Positions 17,834 to 25,303 of a stretch of DNA of 64,000 nt are shown piece by piece; position 1 is the stretch's first letter, and every line of letters begins with the position of its first letter. The DNA lies in NCBI GenBank assembly GCA_020635075.1, contig JACKAM010000001.1, forward strand, positions 963,402-1,027,401, given 5' to 3'. The position numbers and the translations under genes are program-made. Under the pieces are notes generated by a model, which worked only from the letters and a program-made list of their open reading frames with translations, searched no databases and was not told the DNA's origin. The stretch is from Pseudobdellovibrionaceae bacterium (GTDB lineage: Bacteria > Bdellovibrionota > Bdellovibrionia > Bdellovibrionales > UBA1609).

Positions 17834-20800
17834 GGTTACGATCCTCCATTGGCTTGGTCGAAGAGTGAAGACGTTGATCATCAGGTGAATTATTCATGGT
17901 CATTGGATTGGGCGTATCTGCCCCTTCCTCAAAGCGGCCCAGTAACCAGGATAGGCGGGATTTCCACCATAGCGAAATGTCTTCGACAATGGCATAGCCA
18001 CATGGAACCCAAATCAAAGTTAAAATGGTGCCGCTGGCGAGACCCCAGGCTAAAGCCAAGGTCATGGGGACAAGCATGCGTTCATAGCCACCCCATCCAT
18101 AAGCGGTCGGCAAAAGACCTCCTATGGTGGTCAGGCTTGTCACCATTACAGCGCGCAGTCGGGCCCCAGAGGCCTGAGCTAGAATCTGGTGTAAATCCAA
18201 GTGAGGTTTTTCTTGCTTGAGATCGTTAATGTAGCTCACCAGAACAATGGCCGAGTTGACGACTACCCCAGCCAACCCCACGGTGCCAATCATAGCTAAA
18301 AAACTCAAAGGTCGGTTGTGAAGAAAGAACGCCCAACTAATCCCAACCAACCCAAGAAAAATGGTGGAAAGAATAAGGCCCGAGTGTAGAAAACTGTGGA
18401 ACAATAAGACCAATATCGCAAAGATGCCGAGCAAGGCGAGAAGCAAGGCCTGTTGCAGCGACGTCATGGATTCCTGGGTACTCTCTTGTTCCCCGCCGAA
18501 AACGGAGGTAACTGCCGGATAGGTCCTTTTCAGGTTAGCCGCAATGCTCTGGGCTTTTTCATTGAGGGCGATTGAGGTGATGACTGATGGGATCACCCCG
18601 CTTTGCACTGTGATTGAGCGTTTAAAATCGTGGTGTTTGCGTACCGCCGGGCCTTCTGTGTCTTCAATGCGCACCAAGGAAGAAAGAGGAATCAGTTTGC
18701 CGGTTTTTTCCATGACGTGAGTGGCCTTGATAGCATTAAAGGTTTCCCTTTGCTGGTCATCATAGCGGATGCGTAAATCAAAATCGTCCCCATCCAAAGT
18801 GAGTTCCGTGGCAACAGCACCCTGGAGAGCAGTTCGCAGTGCCACGCCAATGGTCTGCGTGTCCAGATTCATACTGGAGATCGCCCCGTGGTTGGGAACG
18901 ATCCGATACTCCGGTCCGCCGCGAACCTCATCATTTTCAACGTCCACCACGCCGGGAATCCTTGTTAACTGTTCCTGGAATTCAGTCACAAAGCTCTTGA
19001 GTTGCCTATAGTCTTTGGATCTAAAAGTTGCGCTGAGAGCGGCCCCAACCGGAGGGCCATGCCTCGAAGCATCGAAAGTGAGTGTTTCCAGCTGACCCCG
19101 ATCGATGGTACGCAAGCGTTGCAGGACTTCCTGTGGGTCGAGGGTTTTGGCCGCATTTGCTGTGACAGCGATGACCATCATGCCCACGTATTCGCCATTG
19201 ACGGAGTTTTCGCTCCCTGAACGGCGGGAGACCCCGGATCTGGCAATGACATAATCGATATTGTCATTGCCGAGCACTCGGGTCGCCTCTTCGGAAACCC
19301 GCTTGGTCATTTTATCCATAGTTTCCAGATTAGTTGTAATAGGCGCTGAGAATCCCGAGAAGTAATACTCCACGTCGTCCGTAGGGAAGAGTTCAAAACG
19401 ATTTCCGTAACGTGCGAGGACCAGGCTCGACAACAACAATAGGGAAAGTGCTAGGAACACCAGATAGCGACGCCGAATGCAAAGGTCCATAAAACGTTCA
19501 AACCTAATGCGCAGAGGTTCAAACCAGTTTGTCTTGGTTTCGGCACTTGGGTCTTTGTTCCCGGCATTGTCCAAGACCGTAAACTGCAAACGGCTGGGGA
19601 GTAAAATAAAGCTCTCAATCAGACTCATGACCAGAGCGATACTCACCATAATAGGAATCCAGCGGATAAACTGACCCATCACCCCTTTGGTCACAAGCAT
19701 TGGTAAAAAGGCGGCGATGGTGGTGAGCACAGTTGCCGTCAAGGGGAGCCAAAATTGATGAACAGCCTTAAGTGCGGCGGGTTGCCGCTTATAGCCTTCA
19801 GCGCGCAGACGGGCATAATTCTCACTGATTACCACCGAGTTATCAACCAGCATGCCAATCGAAATCACCAGGGCCAGCATGGTGATGTTGTTAAAGTTGA
19901 CCCCCATGAGGGGCATCAGGGCCAAAGCTCCTAAAATCGCTAGAGGCAGACTGAGGGAGGCGACGAAACCTAAAGAGCCGGGTAGAAAGAACAGGAGAAT
20001 AACCAAGACCAAAACGAGGCCAGAAAGGCCATTGACGACGACAATATCGAGCCTCTCCGCAATGCGGCTGGCCTCGTCGTTATAGGAGATAAGGGAATAG
20101 CCGTCAGGGAGCTTATCTTTGCGAAATACTTCAAGCTGTTTATTAAGATTTTCAACCACGCGAATGGCATCTGCATCAGCCCGTTTAGTGACGGTGATTA
20201 AGGTTGCAGGCTCGCTATTGACCCTCACCATCACCGAGGGATCCTCCATTCCATCTTTTATTTCAGCTACATCCCGAATGCGAATCTTCTGACCACTGAA
20301 ATTGCTGCGAATGATAATTTCGCCCATTTCTTCGGCTGACTGAATTTGTCCTGTGACACGAACCAGACGTTGATTGTCAGGGCTGCGAATAAAGCCAGCC
20401 GGGATATTGAGGGTCCGGCGTTTGACCGCATCCACGACTTCGCCGATTCCCACATAGGCCTGCTGCATGAGATTTGGTTTGAGCAGGATTTGAAACTCCC
20501 TTTCCCGATAGCCACTCATGACGACGTCCGCTACTCCGCGACTGTCTTCAAGAAGAAGTCTGAGGTCGTTGGCGAGCCGGTCTCGACGCCGATTTTCATT
20601 GCCGCCTATGAGAGCGAGTTCGAGGATGGGGATTTCCTTGGCATTGGCCACGCGAACGCTGGGGGTATCTTTGATGTCCTGGGGAAGGCCACGCACTCTC
20701 TGCACGGCACGGTGGATTTCGTCCTGGGCCTTAAGCGGGTCTCCGCTGTCGATGTCCAGGCGTAGGGCAATCTCGCTGCGGCCTGTGGCAGACAGGGACT

Positions 20801-21044
20801 TGATGTCCTTAACCCCCTCAATGCCACGCAGTTCGTTTTCTATCTTAAGAGTGACCTGCTCTTCCACTTCTTCGGGGGAGGCTCCAGGGTAAATAGTGGC
20901 CACCGTGACGCGGGCAAAGTCCACAGGTGGCCTGGACTCACGCTTCACCTGACGCAGTCCCATGAAGCCCATCAAAACCAAAACGGCCATCAATAGCCAG
21001 CTCAGCTTATAGTTGGAAATGAAAAAGCCCAGCAGTTGTTTCAT
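17817..21044 (-). CDS. RND-family efflux permease (AcrB/CzcA superfamily)
   Basis: 1075 aa with a 12-TM layout and two large periplasmic loops. It has the typical N-terminus and an ATGA overlap with the upstream TolC-like gene. Confidence 0.95.
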   Translation of the reverse strand: MKQLLGFFISNYKLSWLLMAVLVLMGFMGLRQVKRESRPPVDFARVTVATIYPGASPEEVEEQVTLKIENELRGIEGVKDIKSLSATGRSEIALRLDIDSGDPLKAQDEIHRAVQRVRGLPQDIKDTPSVRVANAKEIPILELALIGGNENRRRDRLANDLRLLLEDSRGVADVVMSGYREREFQILLKPNLMQQAYVGIGEVVDAVKRRTLNIPAGFIRSPDNQRLVRVTGQIQSAEEMGEIIIRSNFSGQKIRIRDVAEIKDGMEDPSVMVRVNSEPATLITVTKRADADAIRVVENLNKQLEVFRKDKLPDGYSLISYNDEASRIAERLDIVVVNGLSGLVLVLVILLFFLPGSLGFVASLSLPLAILGALALMPLMGVNFNNITMLALVISIGMLVDNSVVISENYARLRAEGYKRQPAALKAVHQFWLPLTATVLTTIAAFLPMLVTKGVMGQFIRWIPIMVSIALVMSLIESFILLPSRLQFTVLDNAGNKDPSAETKTNWFEPLRIRFERFMDLCIRRRYLVFLALSLLLLSSLVLARYGNRFELFPTDDVEYYFSGFSAPITTNLETMDKMTKRVSEEATRVLGNDNIDYVIARSGVSRRSGSENSVNGEYVGMMVIAVTANAAKTLDPQEVLQRLRTIDRGQLETLTFDASRHGPPVGAALSATFRSKDYRQLKSFVTEFQEQLTRIPGVVDVENDEVRGGPEYRIVPNHGAISSMNLDTQTIGVALRTALQGAVATELTLDGDDFDLRIRYDDQQRETFNAIKATHVMEKTGKLIPLSSLVRIEDTEGPAVRKHHDFKRSITVQSGVIPSVITSIALNEKAQSIAANLKRTYPAVTSVFGGEQESTQESMTSLQQALLLALLGIFAILVLLFHSFLHSGLILSTIFLGLVGISWAFFLHNRPLSFLAMIGTVGLAGVVVNSAIVLVSYINDLKQEKPHLDLHQILAQASGARLRAVMVTSLTTIGGLLPTAYGWGGYERMLVPMTLALAWGLASGTILTLIWVPCGYAIVEDISLWWKSRLSWLLGRFEEGADTPNPMTMNNSPDDQRLHSSTKPMEDRNHDLTL

Positions 21045-22510
21045 TGGCCGGACTCCTTGGTTTGCACCGTGTAGCCGGCAATGAGCTCATCTCGTGTGGA
21101 GGCCAATTCGTTAAGCGCAATATGGTAATCACCAATGGCGCGTGACTTTTTGGTTTGCGCGGCAAAAAAGGCATTGTAGGCAAGTATCACGTCACTAATC
21201 GTCGAGCGACCTTGGCGGTAAGCCCGTTCCAGTTCCTTGACTGCCTTTTGGCGCAGGTCCACCATGCGTCCGGCACTTTCGGCAATCTGCAGCTGGGCCT
21301 GGCTCTGGCGTTCCTTTTCTCGGAGCTGACTTTCCAGTTCATCGGCTTTCTTCTGCAAATGAAGCTGCTTGCGTTTATGTTCTGCGGTTTTAAAGCTGAT
21401 CTCTGCCCGTCTCTGTCGTCCATCAAGGGAAGTGGAGAACTGAACTCCCATATAGTAGGTCGGTCGACCCAAGCCCGACATTTCCGCAAAAGCATCCGAA
21501 GGTTGTTCTTCAACCCCGGTGAAGCGGGCTTCGCCAACAAGGTCTAGTTGGGGAGCCTGCTGGGAGCGGCTCCAGCGAAGATCATCAGCAGCGATGGCCA
21601 ATTCCTTCTCAGCAATTTGGTAGGGGCGCAGTTGTTTCAGATCCTTGGCCTGAAGGCGCGGGAGAGGCGGGAGAACCTCTTTGATTTCAAACTCCAGGTC
21701 TTGGCCGACCGGGTAGCGAAGCAGTACGAGGAGTTCATCGGCGGCCGTCAAATAGGCGAGAGAGTTGGATTTAACCCTTTGCAACTGTTCCTCGAACTCC
21801 GCTTGCACTCGGGACAACTCCCCGGGGTTGGTGAAGCCAACCCTAGATTTATTGCCAACAATCTTGACTAGGTTTTCATAACGGTCTTTGGCGGCCAGGC
21901 TTTCTTTAAGATTTTCCTGAGCAACAAAGGCATCCCAATACTTTTTCATACCTTCCACGAGAGCATCTTCGAGTCCTTCGAGTCTTTGCGAGGAGGCATT
22001 TTTAAGAACTTCTTGGGCTCGGCTCAGGCGTGAGCGGTGAGCAGTGCCAAACCCGTTTTGCCATAGGTGCTGGGAAATCTTGAGATGAAGCTGGTCCTGG
22101 GTTTGTGCTTCCGGCAGATTGATATTTTGCGCAAAGGAGCTGAGTTCACTCTTTTGCGACTGACGTTGATAGCCGAGCTCAAAGTCCGTTCCACTAGAAA
22201 TACTTTTGTTGAGACTCAAGCCCATCACCAGTTTTTGATCTTTGAGATTGCTGGTGCCCGTGAGGCTTTCGCCGCGGTCTTCCTCGAAATTGGTCTCGGC
22301 TCCGAGAGTCCAATCCAGTTCGCTGAGAGCTTCCAGATATTCCTTTTCCTTTTGCTGTTCGTCGAGAGCAAGCTCCTGTGGCGTAAGACCTTGACTCAGT
22401 ATTCGATCCACCACATGTTGAGGGTTAAGACGCAAGACTTCGGCGCGGGCTCCGCCCGCTGTGAACATGAAGGTGGCAATTGCTCCACTGATATAACCGA
22501 CAAAATTCAT
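21041..22510 (-). CDS. TolC-family outer membrane efflux protein
   Basis: The start is set at MNFVGYISGAIATFMFTAGGARA (signal peptide), giving a TGATG overlap with the upstream stop. The duplicated coiled-coil-rich architecture is typical of OEP. The track ORF extends to 22663. Confidence 0.85.
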   Translation of the reverse strand: MNFVGYISGAIATFMFTAGGARAEVLRLNPQHVVDRILSQGLTPQELALDEQQKEKEYLEALSELDWTLGAETNFEEDRGESLTGTSNLKDQKLVMGLSLNKSISSGTDFELGYQRQSQKSELSSFAQNINLPEAQTQDQLHLKISQHLWQNGFGTAHRSRLSRAQEVLKNASSQRLEGLEDALVEGMKKYWDAFVAQENLKESLAAKDRYENLVKIVGNKSRVGFTNPGELSRVQAEFEEQLQRVKSNSLAYLTAADELLVLLRYPVGQDLEFEIKEVLPPLPRLQAKDLKQLRPYQIAEKELAIAADDLRWSRSQQAPQLDLVGEARFTGVEEQPSDAFAEMSGLGRPTYYMGVQFSTSLDGRQRRAEISFKTAEHKRKQLHLQKKADELESQLREKERQSQAQLQIAESAGRMVDLRQKAVKELERAYRQGRSTISDVILAYNAFFAAQTKKSRAIGDYHIALNELASTRDELIAGYTVQTKESGQ

Positions 22511-23277
22511 CACTGGCCTCGCCCCCAGTTCACGCCGATCATGAGATTGGTGTGTTGAACATCGACCTTTGCTGTGGAAGCAAAAGGGCTTCTCGATTCC
22601 AGCTGCATTTCCATTGACCACTGGCCAAGAAGGAACCACCTCAATGCGGCAGTCATGGACCAATAGCTGTTGGACTTGGAGAAAGTGGCAGAATCGCTTT
22701 TGCTGGTTTGGAAGTTAAGAGCCTGTCCCAAGCCGAGTCCGACAGCAGGTTCTAAGGTTGGCCATCCCTTTGGGCGTAGGCCAAGGCGAAATCCGGTCGA
22801 GGTGAGGAGGGTTGAGAGCCGGGTGTGCTGATACCGGAAACCTGTGGCGGTGGTGAGGTTCACATCTTGACTGGAGTAGCTGGCTTGAGCGGTGACTTGG
22901 GGCAGCCAGGTGGCGCTTGCCTTGGTTACTGAGTCTAAATACCAGCGGCCTTCCAGGCGAAACATGGACGTGGGTTTTAACTGGTTCAGCTGGTATTCGC
23001 TTCCGCCACGCTGGGAGCCCAATCCGCCCGGCTCAAAAAACTGCACAAAGAGTCCAAGGCTCCAAGGGGAGTGAGCTTCTTCGCGGGCGAGAATATCCTG
23101 GCGGATTTCCACTGTGGCCGGGCTTTGAGGTTGAATGGTGGCTGGGGCTTGAGAAAGCTCGCGCAGAGCTTGATCCCGGGGTTTGGGGGTGGCCCATGCA
23201 CTCATGCCGAAACCGAGTGCAAAAGCAAAAACCACACATAAGAAAGTTCCACCTGTCCCCACAGGAAGTGCCTTCAT
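22510..23277 (-). CDS. putative small outer-membrane beta-barrel protein
   Basis: Signal peptide ending AWA, with alternating hydrophobic and aromatic strands throughout (e.g. WSMEMQLESR, LMIGVNWG). The family is not recognised. Confidence 0.5.
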   Translation of the reverse strand: MKALPVGTGGTFLCVVFAFALGFGMSAWATPKPRDQALRELSQAPATIQPQSPATVEIRQDILAREEAHSPWSLGLFVQFFEPGGLGSQRGGSEYQLNQLKPTSMFRLEGRWYLDSVTKASATWLPQVTAQASYSSQDVNLTTATGFRYQHTRLSTLLTSTGFRLGLRPKGWPTLEPAVGLGLGQALNFQTSKSDSATFSKSNSYWSMTAALRWFLLGQWSMEMQLESRSPFASTAKVDVQHTNLMIGVNWGRGQ

Positions 23278-23392
23278 GAATCCCCCTCAAATTGAGGTCA
23301 TTTTCTACCTGTGGTTGTGGCTCAGATGCAAGAAACTTCGAAGGCTTAGGCGCCAAAGGAAAGGGGTTCAACCTCCTGCGTGACGCCCAACA

Positions 23393-25168
23393 TTATGGGT
23401 AACGCTGCCCCAGTATTCTGGCCGCGTCCTCCATCAGGCGCTCGGCCTTCTCCAGCAGGTGCTGGGCTTCGGCCGGATTGCGACCAAAGGCAACTAAACC
23501 CATCTTCCCGTGCTGGGGGATGGCCGAAAGCATATGAAACTTCACGCCTGAGTTTTTTGCTGGGTCAAACACCAAGTCCTGGTATCCGGGTTGCTTCGTA
23601 AAGTACCACCACAGGAGTTCCAGTTCCTTAGCGACGAACTCAGAGCGAACAAAATTATCGGTCATGACGTAATAGAGTTTTTTGCCCGTGGCGCGGGAGA
23701 CCAATCCGCCCCGCTGATGGTCGTAGTAAGCGTCGTTAAGGATAGCCACGGTTTCCCGCGGGTGGGTGGTGCCGCCCTCGCGGATGTTGGCTTCGCCGAA
23801 AACGAAATCTGACTTGCCGAGGGCATTACTCACCTCAAAAAAATCCAAAGCCACGCGTCCAACCACTCCGTGACGGGCCAAAGTGTTGGCATAAGACAAA
23901 GCATAATCGGTAAGCAGTTTAACCAGGACTGGATCGTCGTAAGCGGGCTGGCGAGCTCCCTTGTAGGTGGTGCCTTGCAGGATCTGCATATGCGTCGAGA
24001 GAAGATCAATCTTTCCATCTCCACCGATGTTGAGCTGCACGCTGGGAGCCCTTTTGTGGGGGACGCCCAGCTCATTCACGCCTCCATCGGTGGCCAGGCG
24101 AGCAGAGACCTCTTTCCAGGTCTTGCCGTTTTGTTCGGCCTCTTCCAGAAACTCGCGTATTCGGCGGTGGCGAGTCTTTTTTGGAGTCGAGGGGGTAATG
24201 GCCAGATCTTCAAATGGCACCTTAATGATGCCTTCACCGCTGGTGCCGTAGTTGGTTTTCACCCAGGCACTGCCAACGCCCTGATTTTCCATAAACAGGA
24301 TATCGACCGTTTTTACCGCTGCATCAGTGGAGCGCACACTGTTGAAGCCAACGGCGAAGGGGATATGTGCCTCAGCGGCGGCCTCGCGATTTCCCGCTTT
24401 CGAATTTAAGTAGCCAAGAGAGGGATGGATGTTGGTCACAGAAATGCCAAGCTCTGAGGCTAGGCGGCCAAGACTGGATTCGCTGATAAAACCATTGAGC
24501 ACAGTATTTGCCGAATTAATGTCCTCGCCTAGAATCTGACGGGCAGTTGTTCGAATCATATGCAGAGTTTCGGGGCTGTTGCGAACTTTATCTGAAAGGT
24601 AGTCCGAACCAGTATCATTGAGGCTGCGCAAATGAATGCGCTTTCTCATCGATTTTGCCTCGGCCGGCGGAAGGCCTTCAAGTAAATGGTCAACTACAAA
24701 GTCAGGAACCCTCTGCGAGGAAATGAAGATGACGTGTACATTGGGGTCCCGGGCGCGGAGGATATTCCACAGTCCTCGATGTTCGTAAAATTCAATGCCC
24801 TTGATGCCAGCAATTTCGGCCTTGGGAAGGTTAATCGAAGGAACTGAAACGAGGATCACGGGTTTTCCATCTTGGCGCCTTTGCTCCCACTGGCGAAGAC
24901 TTTTGCGTTGCTGGCGGAGCTCAGGCCCTTTGATGGAGCGCACCCTCTCCAGGTCGTTGAGGTGGGTGACCTTTACCTCGCCGGAAACATCCTCCCGGCA
25001 ACGGCTTCGGGCCCAAGCTCCGGTCTCAAGACAGAGAGCCGCAAAAAGGGCAGAGAGGACAACAAATGTCCCCAGATTCATCGGGAAAGGGGATTTCAAT
25101 TTGGACACAGGCCCTCCACGCGACCGATTGATGAGTAGCAGGGTGTGGGAGTTCAATTTTCGTACCAC
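23393..25168 (-). CDS. PGM1-like (pre-ATP-grasp plus ATP-grasp) carboxylate-amine ligase homologue with an N-terminal hydrophobic anchor
   Basis: GEANIREGGTTHP resembles the NLRxGGTTHP signature I associate with PGM1-type peptide ligases. N-terminal NLGTFVVLSALFAALCLETGAWA. The start is uncertain (GTG at 25168 or ATG at 25081). Confidence 0.5.
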   Translation of the reverse strand: MVRKLNSHTLLLINRSRGGPVSKLKSPFPMNLGTFVVLSALFAALCLETGAWARSRCREDVSGEVKVTHLNDLERVRSIKGPELRQQRKSLRQWEQRRQDGKPVILVSVPSINLPKAEIAGIKGIEFYEHRGLWNILRARDPNVHVIFISSQRVPDFVVDHLLEGLPPAEAKSMRKRIHLRSLNDTGSDYLSDKVRNSPETLHMIRTTARQILGEDINSANTVLNGFISESSLGRLASELGISVTNIHPSLGYLNSKAGNREAAAEAHIPFAVGFNSVRSTDAAVKTVDILFMENQGVGSAWVKTNYGTSGEGIIKVPFEDLAITPSTPKKTRHRRIREFLEEAEQNGKTWKEVSARLATDGGVNELGVPHKRAPSVQLNIGGDGKIDLLSTHMQILQGTTYKGARQPAYDDPVLVKLLTDYALSYANTLARHGVVGRVALDFFEVSNALGKSDFVFGEANIREGGTTHPRETVAILNDAYYDHQRGGLVSRATGKKLYYVMTDNFVRSEFVAKELELLWWYFTKQPGYQDLVFDPAKNSGVKFHMLSAIPQHGKMGLVAFGRNPAEAQHLLEKAERLMEDAARILGQRYP

Positions 25169-25244
25169 GATGAAACACCGGGACGGGGGGGGATGCCCAG
25201 CCTGAGACGGCTACGTGAAATTCTGCTCACACTCGGGAAAGCCC

Positions 25245-25272
25245 TACAATCGCCAACTTAGCTCGCCGATAG
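25245..25272 (+). promoter_or_regulatory. sigma28-type promoter candidate
   Basis: TACA-N16-GCCGATAG, 32 nt upstream of the ATG at 25304. Confidence 0.35.
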
Positions 25273-25303
25273 GGTAATCAGTGGCACGTATGGGAGGTTC
25301 AAA

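Noticed and set aside
22511-22663. N-terminal 51-aa extension of the TolC-like ORF, and similarly 2799..2873 for the YebC-family gene
   Set aside because: The extensions overlap the upstream gene or lack any RBS. The internal ATGs give a proper signal peptide (TolC-like) or the family-typical N-terminus with an SD (YebC-family).
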